DNA from: an uncultured Gammaproteobacteria bacterium
Lineage (GTDB): Bacteria; Pseudomonadota; Gammaproteobacteria; UBA9214
Length of the DNA: 64,000 nt
Assembly: GCA_963748215.1 (NCBI GenBank)
Contig: CAVVHS010000005.1
Location: 40,922-104,921 of the forward strand
Reading direction: 5' to 3'
This document shows, one piece after another, positions 1-10,477 of the stretch. The notes under the pieces are model-generated. The model saw nothing but the letters and a program-made list of their open reading frames with translations, did no database searches and was not told where the DNA came from. The translations under genes were made by a program, and so were the position numbers. The first letter of the stretch is position 1, and the number at the start of each line of letters is the position of its first letter.

Positions 1-409
1 TGTTCTCCTTGACCAGCGGGTAGATCTCCTCCGCCATCATGCCTTCGTAGCCGATGTTGTACAGCGCGCCCGGCACCGCCGTCATGCCTTCCCTGATCAG
101 GATCGGGTTGATGGCGAGGTCGCAGGCCACGTCCCAGCGCTGGCGGTTGCGGTGTTCGCGACGCGCGAAGTGGGACAGCGCGCAGTGCAGCGCCTCGTGC
201 GCCAGTGCGAACTGGGTCTGCTCCAGCGACAGACTGTCGATCCAGTCCGGGTTGTAGTAGAACGCGCGTGCGTCGGTGCCGATGGTCTTGCACCACTTCG
301 GATCCGCCACCTTCATCGGCATGCGCAGCACCAGCGCGCCCAGGAACGGCCGGTCGAGGATCAGCCGCGTGCGCGCGGCGGAGAGCTTGGTTTCTATTTC
401 ATCGGACAT
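1..409 (-). CDS. Putative metallopeptidase (DUF2201-like N-terminal domain, usual VWA partner of MoxR ATPases); N-terminal ~136 aa only, gene runs off the left edge
   Basis: Not in the ORF track because there is no stop in the window. Own translation from the ATG at 407-409 (GGAG ~8 nt upstream): MSDEIETKLSAARTRLILDRPFLGALVLRMP...QFALAHEALHCALSHFARREHRNRQRWDVACDLAINP. It carries an HExxH motif and lies downstream of the MoxR-type ATPase gene. Confidence 0.7.
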   Translation of the reverse strand, partial: MSDEIETKLSAARTRLILDRPFLGALVLRMPMKVADPKWCKTIGTDARAFYYNPDWIDSLSLEQTQFALAHEALHCALSHFARREHRNRQRWDVACDLAINPILIREGMTAVPGALYNIGYEGMMAEEIYPLVKEN

Positions 410-429
410 TTCTCCATTTTGCCACAAGT

Positions 430-1060
430 ATCAATAGCGATTGTGACTTCGCTATCTCTGGATTTTCTTAGCATCAGGTTTCGCCCTGTCGGGCGAGGTA
501 CTTTTCTTTGCTTCGCCAAAGACTAATTCGCCGGGAGCGGATTTGGACAGCCGCAGGCTGGCCCGCAGGGCGAAGTCCATGGACGGACTTCGCAAAAGTA
601 CCCAACAACGACTGCCCCGGAGGCTGGGTTGTCAAAACACCCAGATATACAAGGCCGCTGCGCAGCCTTGCCCATGCGCTTCTCGACGGTTTGGGACCAT
701 TTCTACAAGCCCGCTACGCAGGCTTGCCCGTCAGGATTTGCCGCGCCTTCGGCTAGCAAATCCAGCTCGACAGGGCGGCTCGCACTGATACTAAAATCCC
801 GCTACGCAGGATTTGGCTGCGATGCTCGGCTGTGCCTGGCGGGACCAAAATGCACCACCCTTTCCCCGTTGGCCGCGCCGAGTACCGCAGTCAAGCCGGG
901 ATCAAGGCGCGCACCCTGTCCGAGGCAAGCCGGAGCGGGATGAACATCCCGCTCCGGCTCCGAGTTGTGCGCGCCCCCGGCTTGGCGAGGAACGGAGGTG
1001 TTCGGCGAAGCCGACGCGGCCAGCGGGTGCCCTTCTCTTTGGGTACTTTCTCTTGGGCAC
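430..1060. repeat. Mosaic array of REP-like palindromic units filling the MoxR / metallopeptidase intergenic gap
   Basis: Dense short hairpins such as gaagtccatggacggacttc (shared 15-mer gtccatggacggact also at 29809-29823), aatcccgctacgcaggatt and ggagcgggatgaacatcccgctcc. Only short overlapping low-complexity ORFs on both strands. Confidence 0.6.
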
Positions 1061-1072
1061 GCGAGAGTACCT

Positions 1073-2119
1073 TCACCTGTCGTACAGCATCACATCCGCG
1101 ACGATGTTCGCCCACTTCGAGAACTGCGGTACGGCGAAGATATCCTGGCCGATGGCGCGGTACATGTCGGAGACCAGCATCACGCCCATCTCGCGCTGCG
1201 CGAAGGAGCCGGCGTAGTCGAGGATATGCCCGTAGATCTCCGCCGAGTTGGCCTCGCTGCGGGCGCGGATGGCGCGGCCGACCAGCGCGGCGGCGACCGC
1301 GTACTGCAGGTCGGTTTCCTTCGGCACGCGCACCTTCTCGCCGCGCACGATGGCGTCGATGTCCGGCAGCTTGTCGAGGTTCTCGACGAAGGCGGACAGC
1401 TCGATACCGGCGGCCGGTCCCACGCAGGCCTGCAGCGATCCGATCAGCAGGTCCTGCACGTCGCCGAACTTGTGCAGCGCGCGGTGCGCGAATTCCCAGG
1501 AGCGTGGCGAGGGAAACGCCACCGGGTTGTGCGCCGGGTCGAATTCGAACAGCAGCTCGGGACGGAAGCGCAGGAAGGCGATCAGGCGCTCGTCGATGTC
1601 GTGGGCATAGGCCCAGGCCACCCAGTCGTCGAGGTTGATATCGACGTCGAAATGCGAGAAGCGGTTGGCGAGCGGCGCCGGCATGGTGTAGGTCACACCG
1701 CGGTCGCCCTGGCGGTTGCCGGCGGCGAAGATTGCCCAGCCGTCCGGCACGGTGTACGCCCCGAGGCGCCGGTCGAGGATCAGCTGGTAGGCCGCCGCGG
1801 ATACGCTCGGCGGCACCGAGGTGATTTCGTCGAGAAACAGGATGCCCTGCCCGCCGTGGCGCTGCGCATCCGGCAGCATGGACGGCACCGCCCATTCGAC
1901 CTGGTTCTCGACACGGAACGGGATGCCGCGCAGGTCGCTCGGCTCCATCTGCGACAGGCGGATATCGATCACCGGCATGCCGTGGCGTTCCGCGATCTGC
2001 GCCACCATCTGCGACTTGCCCACGCCCGGCGGACCCCACAGCATGACCGGGGTGTGTTGTCCGTGGACGGCGGCCTGAAACTCGCGTTCAAGCACGGTAA
2101 GCAGCTGGGCTGGGCGCAT
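1073..2119 (-). CDS. MoxR-like AAA+ ATPase
   Basis: 348-aa ORF with Walker A GPPGVGKS and Walker B ILFLDEI. Size and layout are typical of MoxR/AAA_5 ATPases. Confidence 0.85.
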   Translation of the reverse strand: MRPAQLLTVLEREFQAAVHGQHTPVMLWGPPGVGKSQMVAQIAERHGMPVIDIRLSQMEPSDLRGIPFRVENQVEWAVPSMLPDAQRHGGQGILFLDEITSVPPSVSAAAYQLILDRRLGAYTVPDGWAIFAAGNRQGDRGVTYTMPAPLANRFSHFDVDINLDDWVAWAYAHDIDERLIAFLRFRPELLFEFDPAHNPVAFPSPRSWEFAHRALHKFGDVQDLLIGSLQACVGPAAGIELSAFVENLDKLPDIDAIVRGEKVRVPKETDLQYAVAAALVGRAIRARSEANSAEIYGHILDYAGSFAQREMGVMLVSDMYRAIGQDIFAVPQFSKWANIVADVMLYDR

Positions 2120-2232
2120 GGGATTCCCTTGAAATACGGTGATTCGTCAACTCGGCATCGGCAGGCGCATTCTACTGGCTTTACCCGCCAAAATCATGGC
2201 CGGAACCGCCAGGCCTGACCTCCCCGCACTGG

Positions 2233-3141
2233 TTACTGGCGCTGGCTCAGCCGCGCCAGGCCGTCGAGGATCTGCCGGCGCACATCGCCCGGCGCATCGA
2301 CCAGTGTTTCCACCAGCCCGAACAAGGGATAGTTTTCCACCTCGACCAGGCGGTACTTTCTGACCATTGCCAGGGTGTGGATACCCTCGCCGGTCAGCCT
2401 GCCACAGTCGCCGTGCGCCAGCCGCCGGCCGAGTTCACGGTGATGCGAGCCGGCGCTGGTAGCGGTGGTGACGAGGTCACCAAGGCCGGCCAGCTGCTGC
2501 GCGGTCGCCGCCTGGCCGCCTTTGCCAATGATGATGGCCTGCATTTCACTGAGCGCCTTCACGGTGAGAAAACCGCGTACATTGTCGCCCAGCTGCAGCT
2601 CATCGGCGGCACCGAACAGTATGGCGTAGACGTTCTTGAGCACCGAGGCCCAGGAAATGCCGGTGATGTCTGCGGAATATTCCAGTGAAAGCCCGCTGCC
2701 GTCAAACAGGCCGGTGACCGTGGCATAGCTGCCAGGCAGCGACACGCCCACCTGCGCAAAGGCAGGTCGGCCGGCGCGGATCTCTTCGGCAATCATCGGT
2801 CCGTACAGCACGCCGTAGCGTCGCGTATCGCCATACACCCCGGCGAGGATCTGCGCAGCCGGACGGCCCTGCGCATCCAGTCCCTTCGCCACGCTCAGCG
2901 AGAGGCTTGCCGGTGCCATGACCGGCAGCACGCGCGCCGCCAGCTCGCCCAGCGGCGTGACCGGCACGCAAAAGAGAACGCAGTCCGCACTGGCAGCGGC
3001 CGTCTCCAGATCCACAACCGGGTGGCCCTCGACCGGCCGGATATCCCAGTACGACAGCCGGTGCCGCGTCCCCAGCAGCCGCTCCATGGCATGCCCCATC
3101 TCGCCATAGCCGATAATGAGGACGGATTTTCCGGTTGCCAT
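2233..3141 (-). CDS. NAD(P)H-dependent glycerol-3-phosphate dehydrogenase family protein (GpsA-like)
   Basis: Start trimmed to MATGKSVLIIGYGEMGHAM (Rossmann GxGxxG). The C-terminal segment NVYAILFGAADELQLGDNVRGFLT resembles the GpsA C-domain. Confidence 0.7.
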   Translation of the reverse strand: MATGKSVLIIGYGEMGHAMERLLGTRHRLSYWDIRPVEGHPVVDLETAAASADCVLFCVPVTPLGELAARVLPVMAPASLSLSVAKGLDAQGRPAAQILAGVYGDTRRYGVLYGPMIAEEIRAGRPAFAQVGVSLPGSYATVTGLFDGSGLSLEYSADITGISWASVLKNVYAILFGAADELQLGDNVRGFLTVKALSEMQAIIIGKGGQAATAQQLAGLGDLVTTATSAGSHHRELGRRLAHGDCGRLTGEGIHTLAMVRKYRLVEVENYPLFGLVETLVDAPGDVRRQILDGLARLSQRQ

Positions 3142-3169
3142 CGCTATATCCGTTGAGCGCGTAAGGGCG

Positions 3170-3484
3170 CTACCTGATGAAGCTGCAGATGTAGTCGGTC
3201 GGGGCCCTGACCCGGACGGTGAACGTCGCGGCACCCGGCACGCTGAAGGACCCGCCCGCACCGACCGTTCTCCATTCCGTGCTGCCGGGCAGCAACACCT
3301 CCAGCTCGCCAGCCTGGATATCCATGACCTCCGGGTCAGCGGTATTGAACTCGTATTCCCCCGGCAACATGAAGCCCAGCGTCTTCAGCGAACCATCGGC
3401 AAAGCGCAGCGTGCGACTGCTGACATTGCCGTTGAAATAGACATTGGCTTTTTTTACCACCGTGACATTGCTGAATTCAGGCAT
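3170..3484 (-). CDS. ppnP: Pyrimidine/purine nucleoside phosphorylase PpnP (DUF1255)
   Basis: Start trimmed to MPEFSNVTVVKKANVYFNGNVSSR. Collinear with E. coli PpnP (GEYxFxTAxPExM...LPGxxxW...Y(I/L)C). Confidence 0.85.
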   Translation of the reverse strand: MPEFSNVTVVKKANVYFNGNVSSRTLRFADGSLKTLGFMLPGEYEFNTADPEVMDIQAGELEVLLPGSTEWRTVGAGGSFSVPGAATFTVRVRAPTDYICSFIR

Positions 3485-3616
3485 TGCGTTTTCCTTTCGT
3501 GAACATGATCCAGGTGCACCCATGGTAGAAAATAATGCCGCCGAACACCATTCACCGGTATACGCCTTCAGTGCGTTTTGAACGATAGGGAAAGGTATTT
3601 GGCGAAGTCAGCCGGT

Positions 3617-4048
3617 TCAGCGCAGCGGCGCGACCTGGCCGTGCTCCAGATAATGCAGGTAGTCGGCGATGATCAGGTCATGGTCGAAGACCAGTCGCGG
3701 ACAGAACTGCGGCAGATACAGCTCCAGCTTTTTTGCGTCGTCGGCGGCACGCGGCTCACCCGTGGCTTCTGCAATGTACACGGGCGTGATGGTATGTCCG
3801 CGTGGATCGCGTGCAGGATCTGAATAGACCCCCAGCAGCAGCTTGAGCCGGACATCCAGCGTGGTTTCTTCTTTCGCCTCGCGCACGGCGGCCGCCTCCA
3901 GCGTCTCGCCGACATCGACAAAGCCGCCGGGAATGGCCCAGCCATGCGGCGGGTTCCTGCGTTCGATCAGTACGATGGGCCGGCCCGGCCGGTCGGCCAT
4001 TTCGATAAGGGTGTCCACTGCGACGGCCGGTGTTTCTGGTCGGCTCAT
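3617..4048 (-). CDS. NUDIX hydrolase
   Basis: Start trimmed to [11 protein letters not shown]. Nudix box [24 protein letters not shown]. The ATG overlaps the hslR stop (ATGA). Confidence 0.85.
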   Translation of the reverse strand: MSRPETPAVAVDTLIEMADRPGRPIVLIERRNPPHGWAIPGGFVDVGETLEAAAVREAKEETTLDVRLKLLLGVYSDPARDPRGHTITPVYIAEATGEPRAADDAKKLELYLPQFCPRLVFDHDLIIADYLHYLEHGQVAPLR

Positions 4049-4446
4049 GTCGGGTCCTGTTGCTTGAAACGGTGAATGAGGCGGCGCGTACGCTTGTCCG
4101 GGCGCCGTTCGCGCACCCTGGCATGATGGCCTTCCAGCTTGCGCTGCGCAAACAGGGCATGGCGCGTGTCGGCGCTTTGTTCGGATTCGATATACAGGGT
4201 GCGCGCCTCCCCGGCCGGGCGCCGCTGCGCGGACAGCTTCACCACGCTCACCTCGAACCGGTACGGGCCCTTGCGGATGGTCAGCACGTCGCCCGCCGCG
4301 AGCTGGCGCGAGGGCTTGATGCGATTGCCGTTGTGATGCACCTTGCCGCCGTTGATGGCCTCGGTGGCCAGCGCACGGGTCTTGTAGAAGCGCGCCGCCC
4401 ACAGCCACTTGTCGATGCGCATGGTTTGTCTTGATTCGTCGCCCAT
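4045..4446 (-). CDS. hslR: Heat-shock protein 15 (ribosome-associated S4-domain RNA-binding protein)
   Basis: [31 protein letters not shown] is near-identical in pattern to E. coli HslR. The start is uncertain among 4464, 4446 and 4419. Confidence 0.85.
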   Translation of the reverse strand: MGDESRQTMRIDKWLWAARFYKTRALATEAINGGKVHHNGNRIKPSRQLAAGDVLTIRKGPYRFEVSVVKLSAQRRPAGEARTLYIESEQSADTRHALFAQRKLEGHHARVRERRPDKRTRRLIHRFKQQDPT

Positions 4447-4475
4447 CAGCTCATTGTCGCGCAAAGGTGCAAAGA

Positions 4476-4650
4476 AAAGCCACAGAGGGCACGGTGTACA
4501 CAGAGATCAATCATGCAATGTAGGGTGCGTTTCACGCACCGGAAACGGTGCGCACAGCGCACCCTACGAAAACCTTTCGCGACACTCTCCGCAGGGAGAC
4601 AGGATGCAGCGTTTATTTCCGTGTTATTCCGTGTGCTTCCGTGGCGATTT
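4476..4650. repeat. REP-like nested palindromes
   Basis: Perfect 10-bp arms gtagggtgcg (4520-4529) / cgcaccctac (4558-4567) enclose the hairpin gcaccg-gaaa-cggtgc. They are flanked by cacagag/ctctgtg-type units also seen near 8360-8390. Confidence 0.65.
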
Positions 4651-4670
4651 TTAAATATTCTTGATAAGTC

Positions 4671-5324
4671 CTACAGTTGCTGCCCCTGCCGCTGTTGCGA
4701 GGCCAGGCCGGCGCGCGCGGTCGACACGAACCGTGCATAGGGCATGGCGCCGTCCAGGCGGTGCTGTTCACTGAAAAACACCGTCGGTGTCGCACGTACC
4801 GCGTACTTGCCGGCCGCCGCCAGGTTCTGCTGCAGCGTTTCCACGTACTGCGGATCGGACCAGGCCTTTTCCACGATGTCCGCCGGCACCCCGCACTCGG
4901 CGGCCAGCTGCCGCAGCAGCGCCGTATCACCGATATTAAGACCGTCAACGAAATACGCCTCGAACAGGCGCCGGTGCAGCACGTAGAAGGTATCGGCACC
5001 GGCCTGCTTGGCGGCCTCGGCCAGCAGCAGGGCCTGGTGCGAATTGGCGTTGATCGTCTGCTCACGCAGTGTCACACCCTCCTCTGCCGCCAGGTGTGCC
5101 AGGTTGTCCATCATCAGGCGCCAGCGGGCATCGTCATAGCCGAGATCGGTGATCGGCATGCCCCCGGCCGGCGTCTCGGGATGGATCTCGAGCAACATCC
5201 AGTTGATCTTCAGATCGAAATGTTCGCGCAGGCGGTCCAGGCGCAGGTCGCCGATGTAACAGAACGGACAGATGTAATCGGAGAATACAGTAGCGAGCAG
5301 GACGGGTTTTTCGGTAGCGGACAT
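4671..5324 (-). CDS. DsbA-family thiol:disulfide oxidoreductase (FrnE-like)
   Basis: Start trimmed to MSATEKPVLLATVFSDYICPFCY, which contains a CPFC active-site motif. Confidence 0.8.
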   Translation of the reverse strand: MSATEKPVLLATVFSDYICPFCYIGDLRLDRLREHFDLKINWMLLEIHPETPAGGMPITDLGYDDARWRLMMDNLAHLAAEEGVTLREQTINANSHQALLLAEAAKQAGADTFYVLHRRLFEAYFVDGLNIGDTALLRQLAAECGVPADIVEKAWSDPQYVETLQQNLAAAGKYAVRATPTVFFSEQHRLDGAMPYARFVSTARAGLASQQRQGQQL

Positions 5325-5435
5325 GAAGACCTCTCGAAGAGCCCCTCTCCCGGACGGGGGAGAGGGGCACATAAAGCTGCGGCATGGTGGATCACAGCCG
5401 CCGGCCCCGGGTTAAGCCCGACTGGCCACCAATGT

Positions 5436-7349
5436 CTATTGACCGCCAGTCACCGGGCTGGTCATCGCCTGCAGCAACTGGTTCAACCGGTTGACGAAGG
5501 ACACCGGGTCCTCAAGCTGGCCGCCCTCGCTGAGCATGGCCTGGTCGAGCAGGATGTTCGACCAGTCGGCAAAGCGCACGTTGTCCGCCTCATCCTGCAG
5601 GCGGCTCACCAGCGGGTGGGTCGGGTTGACTTCCAGTACCGGCTTGCTGACCGGCACCTCGTGACCGGCCTGGCGCAGCATGTGCTGCATGTGCACGGGC
5701 ATGTCCTGCTCGCCCATCACCAGGCAGGACGGCGATTCGGTCAGGCGCTGGCTCACCCGCACCTCCGCGACGCGCTCGCCCAGCGTCTCCTGCATGCGCC
5801 TGACCAGGCCGGCGTACTCTTCCCCGGTCTTTTTCGCCGCGGCTTTTTCCGCTTCATCGGCCAGCTTGTCGAGGTCCAGCTCGCCCTTGGCTACCGAGGC
5901 CAGCGGCTTGCCGTCGTACTCGTGCAGGTGCGACACCAGCCACTCGTCGACGCGGTCGGACAGCAGCAGCACCTCGATGCCCTTGCGTCGGAAGATCTGC
6001 AGGTGCGGGCTGTTTTTCGCCGCGGCGAAGGTCTCGGCGGTGATGTAGTAGATTTTGTCCTGGCCATCCTTCATGCGCTTGATGTAGTCGTCCAGCGCAA
6101 CCGTCTGCTCCGCGCTGTCGGCCGCGGTACTGGCGAAGCGCAGCAGTTTCGAAATGCGTTCACGATTGGCAAAGTCCTCGCCCGGCCCCTCCTTCAGCAC
6201 GCGGCCGAACTGCTGCCAGAACTGCGCATACAGCTCCGGCTTCTCGCCTGCCATGCCCTCGAGCATGCCCAGAACCTTCTTGACCGAGCCCGCGCGGATG
6301 GTGTCGATCAGCCGGTTGTGCTGCAGGATTTCACGCGATACATTCAGCGGCAGATCGTCGGAGTCCACCAGGCCGCGCACGAAGCGCAGGTAATAGGGCA
6401 TCAGCTGCTCGGCGTCGTCCATGATGAACACACGCCGCACGTACAGCTTGATGCCGTGCCGGCTGTCGCGGTCGTACAGGTCGAACGGCGCGCGCGTCGG
6501 CACGTAGAACAGCGAAGTGTAGGACTGCGTGCCCTCGACGTGGCTGTGCACCCACCGCATCGGGTCTTCGAAATCGTGCGCGACGTGCTTGTAGAATTCG
6601 GTGTATTCCTCGTCGCTGATTTCGCTGCGCGGCCGGGTCCACAGCGCGGAGGCCTTGTTGACCGCCTCGAATTCGCCCGTGGCCTGCTCCTCGTCCGCGG
6701 CCTGCTTCGGCATCTCGATCGGCAGCGGGATGTGGTCGGAGTACTTGCTGACGATGCTGCGCAGCCGGAAGCCGTCGAGGAACTCGTCCTCGCCCTCGCG
6801 CAGGTGCAGCACGATTTCGGTGCCGCGAGCGGCCTTCTCGACTGTCTCCAGGGTGTAGCTGCCGTCTCCGGCCGAAACCCAGCGCACGCCCTGGGCGGCC
6901 GGCAGGCCGGCCTTGCGCGTGGTCAGGGTCACCTTGTCGGCGACGATGAAAGCGGAGTAGAAACCGACGCCGAACTGGCCGATCAGCTGCGTATCCTTCG
7001 CCTGGTCGCCGGTCAGCGATTCGAAGAACTGCCGGGTGCCGGACCTGGCGATGGTGCCGATGTTGTCGACCACCTCGTCACGCGTCATGCCGATGCCACT
7101 GTCAGACACCGTAACGGTACGCGCTGTCTTGTCGAAATCGATACGGATACCGAGCTGCGTGTCACCCTCGTATAGCGCGTCGTTGGCGAGCGCCTCGAAG
7201 CGCAGCTTGTCGCAGGCATCGGAACCGTTGGAGATCAGTTCGCGCAGGAAGATTTCCTTGTTCGAATACAGCGAATGGATCATCAGGTGCAGCAGCTGCT
7301 TCACCTCGGTCTGGAATTCGAGGGTTTCTCTCTGTGCATCAACTGTCAT
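5436..7349 (-). CDS. htpG: Molecular chaperone HtpG (Hsp90)
   Basis: 637 aa. The N-terminus [40 protein letters not shown] is the canonical HtpG signature. Confidence 0.97.
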   Translation of the reverse strand: MTVDAQRETLEFQTEVKQLLHLMIHSLYSNKEIFLRELISNGSDACDKLRFEALANDALYEGDTQLGIRIDFDKTARTVTVSDSGIGMTRDEVVDNIGTIARSGTRQFFESLTGDQAKDTQLIGQFGVGFYSAFIVADKVTLTTRKAGLPAAQGVRWVSAGDGSYTLETVEKAARGTEIVLHLREGEDEFLDGFRLRSIVSKYSDHIPLPIEMPKQAADEEQATGEFEAVNKASALWTRPRSEISDEEYTEFYKHVAHDFEDPMRWVHSHVEGTQSYTSLFYVPTRAPFDLYDRDSRHGIKLYVRRVFIMDDAEQLMPYYLRFVRGLVDSDDLPLNVSREILQHNRLIDTIRAGSVKKVLGMLEGMAGEKPELYAQFWQQFGRVLKEGPGEDFANRERISKLLRFASTAADSAEQTVALDDYIKRMKDGQDKIYYITAETFAAAKNSPHLQIFRRKGIEVLLLSDRVDEWLVSHLHEYDGKPLASVAKGELDLDKLADEAEKAAAKKTGEEYAGLVRRMQETLGERVAEVRVSQRLTESPSCLVMGEQDMPVHMQHMLRQAGHEVPVSKPVLEVNPTHPLVSRLQDEADNVRFADWSNILLDQAMLSEGGQLEDPVSFVNRLNQLLQAMTSPVTGGQ

Positions 7350-7403
7350 GCGTCATACTCCTGAAAATGCTGTGGATAGTCGCCAGATGGGGGCAGATCA
7401 GCG

Positions 7404-7913
7404 CTATTTCAAGCCCTTGAGGTCGACACCCTCGTGCCCCAGCAGCCAGCGCTTGCGGCGCAGCGGCGGCCCCGACATGTGGCCGCTATAACCGCCCGCG
7501 CCGCTGCTGCTGACCACGCGATGGCAAGGCACCACCACGGGCACCGGGTTGTGCCGGCAGGCATTGCCCACGGCACGCGCACCGCTGCCGAGCTGCCGCG
7601 CGAGCTCGCCGTAGGTGCGCGTCTGGCCCTGAGGAATCGCGCACAGGGCCTGCCACACGCGCTGCTGGAAGTCCGTGCCGTCCAGCTGCACGGGCAGGCC
7701 AACCGGCCGGCTGCCATCAGTGAAATACCGTTCCAGCGCGCGTGCCACGCGGCGCGCACCGGCGCTGCTGCCATCCACCGGCTGGCGGGAGGCCGGCAGG
7801 TAGTCGATGCAGGTCACGGCGTTGTGTTCCAGGCGAATGCCCAGCGGACCGAGTGGCGAGGCGAATATCAGCGCATAGTCCGGGGCCGGATGCTGTTTTT
7901 TTCCTGCAGTCAT
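7404..7913 (-). CDS. ogt: Methylated-DNA--protein-cysteine methyltransferase
   Basis: Start trimmed to MTAGKKQH. Active site PCHRVV, with the upstream TYGELA motif. Confidence 0.85.
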   Translation of the reverse strand: MTAGKKQHPAPDYALIFASPLGPLGIRLEHNAVTCIDYLPASRQPVDGSSAGARRVARALERYFTDGSRPVGLPVQLDGTDFQQRVWQALCAIPQGQTRTYGELARQLGSGARAVGNACRHNPVPVVVPCHRVVSSSGAGGYSGHMSGPPLRRKRWLLGHEGVDLKGLK

Positions 7914-8039
7914 GAAAATATCCTCCCTTCCCGGCATGACCGGAAAATTTCAACTTAACAGGGCTTCAATATCCATTTTTCACCAGGAACGCTGGAATTA
8001 TGGCCCATGGTGGTCGATTTTGACTGGATTCCCTGGTCG

Positions 8040-8395
8040 CTGCGGGCATGGCCCAGGCCAGCTCTCGACCCGGGCTATGCCCGAAAAATGGTCTCTCCTT
8101 CTCCAGCCCTCTCGCGACGCTGGCAGAAGTCCGAGTGTCGCGAAGCACAGGGAGAAGGTGAGACCGCGTAGCGGTCGAGAGGCTGGCCTGGGCTATGTGC
8201 GAGAGCGCCCGCTTGTACTTCACTGTACTTCGTACGCGGGAATGGCATAAGAATTCTCTGATTAATTCGTCATGCCGGCGAAGGCCGGCATCCAGGTCAT
8301 TGAAGAATCTGGATCCCGGCATGACGATGAGTGAATTAATCAGAGGTTCCATAAATAAACTCTGTGCGCTCTGTTTTCTCTGTGGCTGTTTTTTA
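8040..8395. repeat. Mosaic REP-like array (several repeat families)
   Basis: The 21-mer ggtcgagaggctggcctgggc (8173-8193) is identical at 29771-29791, with an inverted near-copy at 8051-8070. The hairpin catgccggcgaaggccggcatccagg (8283-8296 core) recurs at 29878-29892. Ends with a ctctgtgcgctctgttttctctgtgg unit. Confidence 0.7.
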
Positions 8396-8475
8396 TTCAT
8401 TACCTTGGCGACTTTGCGTCTTGGCGCGAGAAAATCTGTAAATTCCCGATGCAGCGCATCTCCCCACAAACGCAA

Positions 8476-8503
8476 ACGGGCACCCCGTTACCGGGGTGCC
8501 CGT
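8476..8503 (-). terminator. Rho-independent terminator downstream of rplS
   Basis: 12-bp stem acgggcaccccg / cggggtgcccgt with a 4-nt loop, followed on the minus strand by TTGCGTTTGTGG. Confidence 0.6.
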
Positions 8504-8535
8504 CAGTATAGACCGCGAACCGGTTGCGGGGAGGC

Positions 8536-8880
8536 CTAGAGCTTTTCCTTGATGCGGGCGGACTTGCCGGACAGTTCGCGCAGGTAGTAGAGCTTGGCGC
8601 GACGCACGTCGCCCTTGCGCTTGACCTTGATGGAGCCGATCGCTGCGCTGTGGGTCTGGAACACGCGTTCCACGCCCTCGCCGTGAGAGATCTTGCGCAC
8701 CGTGAAGGCCGAGTTCATGCCGCGATTGCGCTTGGCGATACACACTCCCTCGAACGCCTGCAGACGCTCGCGATCACCTTCCTTCACCTTCACCTCGACC
8801 ACGACGGTGTCACCGGGACTGAAGTCCGGAATGTCCTTGCGCATCTGTTCCTGTTCAAGCTGTTCGATAATGTTGCTCAT
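8536..8880 (-). CDS. rplS: 50S ribosomal protein L19
   Basis: Start trimmed to [28 protein letters not shown], a canonical L19 N-terminus. Confidence 0.95.
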   Translation of the reverse strand: MSNIIEQLEQEQMRKDIPDFSPGDTVVVEVKVKEGDRERLQAFEGVCIAKRNRGMNSAFTVRKISHGEGVERVFQTHSAAIGSIKVKRKGDVRRAKLYYLRELSGKSARIKEKL

Positions 8881-8918
8881 GACTCGATCCTCGGTTTCAA
8901 AATACGGCGATTGATCAC

Positions 8919-9665
8919 TCAATTGCCTGGTTCATGCTCATTGATAAATTCATCCAGCAGCCGCTGCTGCTCGTCGCTCAGGCGCATCCGCGCCAGCAGG
9001 TCCGGGCGCCGCAGCCAGGTCCTGCCCAGCGCCTGCTTTTGGCGCCAGCGCCGGATCGCGGCGTGGTCACCGCTCAGCAGCACCGCCGGCACGTCCCTGC
9101 CCTCGATCCGCTCCGGCCGCGTGTAGTGCGGATAATCCAGCAGACCGTCCATGAAGGAGTCGGCAAGCGCCGAATCCGCCGCACCCAGCGCACCGGGCAG
9201 GAGCCGCGTCACCGCATCCATTACCAGCAGCGCCGGCAGTTCGCCGCCGCTCAGCACGAAATCGCCGACCGACAGCTCTTCATCGACTTCCAGCTCGACG
9301 AGCCGCTCGTCGATCCCCTCGTAGCGCCCCGCCACGAGGACCAGTCGTTCCTGCGTCGCCAGTTCGCGCGCACGCTGCTGGTCGAAGCGTGCACCCTGCG
9401 GCGACAGGCAGATTACCCGGGCCGCCCCCGATTCCGCCGACCGCGCCGCGCGGATCGCGTCGCGCAGCGGCTGCACCTGCATCACCATGCCGGGACCGCC
9501 GCCGTACGGCCGGTCATCGACGTTGCGGTGCCGGTCGGTGGTGAAATCACGTGGATTCCATGTCCCCAGTTCCAGCACGCCCTGCGCGATGGCGCGGCCC
9601 TGGATACCATAGCCGCTGAGATCCCGGATCATCTCCGGAAACAGCGTCACCACATCGATGCGCAT
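8919..9665 (-). CDS. trmD: tRNA (guanine37-N1)-methyltransferase
   Basis: [12 protein letters not shown]...GGGPGMVM...[11 protein letters not shown], in conserved rpsP-rimM-trmD-rplS order. Confidence 0.95.
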   Translation of the reverse strand: MRIDVVTLFPEMIRDLSGYGIQGRAIAQGVLELGTWNPRDFTTDRHRNVDDRPYGGGPGMVMQVQPLRDAIRAARSAESGAARVICLSPQGARFDQQRARELATQERLVLVAGRYEGIDERLVELEVDEELSVGDFVLSGGELPALLVMDAVTRLLPGALGAADSALADSFMDGLLDYPHYTRPERIEGRDVPAVLLSGDHAAIRRWRQKQALGRTWLRRPDLLARMRLSDEQQRLLDEFINEHEPGN

Positions 9666-9675
9666 CGTGCGCCGC

Positions 9676-10209
9676 TCAGTAATCGGGGTCCCAATCGACC
9701 CGTATCACGCGCTGCTCGAGATCAACCGCCTCGACCACCTGGCCGATCACGAACGGCACCAGGATTTCGCGCTCGCCCCTGACCACCAGGACATCGTTGG
9801 CGCCGGTCTCGACCAGGTGATCGACCGTGCCGAGTACCCGGCCCAGCTTCGTCATGACCTGCAGCCCGATCAGGTCATTCCAGTAATATTCGTTTTCACC
9901 GGCCGCCGGCAGCTGGCTGCGCCAGACACCGATTTCCGTGCCGGTCAGACCCATGGCGGCATCGCGGTCCGTACAGTCGGCCAGCAGCGCCACCAGGCCC
10001 TTGCCATGCGGTCGCGCATCCAGCACCTCGGCCTCGCGCCAGTCGCCGTCGTGGCCGAAATACCACGGCGTGTAATCCAGCAGGCCGTCGGACAGCTCGG
10101 TGAACGCGGTTATGCGCACCCAGCCCTTGACGCCGAAGGGTCCTGCAATGCGACCCATGACCAGCATCTCGTCCTGCGCATCTCTGTCCGTACCTGCATT
10201 CCCGGGCAT
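9676..10209 (-). CDS. rimM: 16S rRNA processing protein RimM
   Basis: [18 protein letters not shown] motif and conserved operon position. An alternative start exists at 10167. Confidence 0.9.
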   Translation of the reverse strand: MPGNAGTDRDAQDEMLVMGRIAGPFGVKGWVRITAFTELSDGLLDYTPWYFGHDGDWREAEVLDARPHGKGLVALLADCTDRDAAMGLTGTEIGVWRSQLPAAGENEYYWNDLIGLQVMTKLGRVLGTVDHLVETGANDVLVVRGEREILVPFVIGQVVEAVDLEQRVIRVDWDPDY

Positions 10210-10231
10210 ACCGGCAACCCGAGCCCCCGCG

Positions 10232-10477
10232 TTACTGGGCCTGCTGTACCTTCAGCAAATGCGCCACACGATCGGATATCACGGCACCCTGGCTTGCCCA
10301 GTGATCCGCACGTTCGGTATCGATGCGCAAACGCACCTCGCCGCCGGTTGCCACCGGGTTGAAAAATCCGATTCGCTCGATATAGCGTCCGTCCCGGCGA
10401 TTACGGCTATCCGTCACCACGATGTGGTAGAACGGACGCTTCTTGGCGCCGCCACGTGACATTCTGATTGTCACCAT
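10232..10477 (-). CDS. rpsP: 30S ribosomal protein S16
   Basis: Start trimmed to [31 protein letters not shown]. Confidence 0.95.
   Translation of the reverse strand: MVTIRMSRGGAKKRPFYHIVVTDSRNRRDGRYIERIGFFNPVATGGEVRLRIDTERADHWASQGAVISDRVAHLLKVQQAQ

Noticed and set aside
891-2218. ORFs 891-2039 (-), 965-2218 (+) and 832-1638 (+)
   Set aside because: They overlap the MoxR ATPase gene in other frames or strands and extend into the REP array. Translations are Arg/Pro/Ala-rich with no motifs.
4677-7175. 832-aa plus-strand ORF
   Set aside because: It is entirely antisense to htpG, whose identity is unambiguous. The translation is Arg/Gly/Ala/Leu-rich low-complexity, typical of stop-free antisense frames in high-G+C DNA.
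7966-8539. ORFs 7966-8475 (-) and 8195-8539 (+); likewise 29626-29940 (-), 29729-29929 (+) and several ORFs in 508-1217
   Set aside because: They are built from REP-like palindromic units, mirror each other on both strands, and have no RBS or coding signature.
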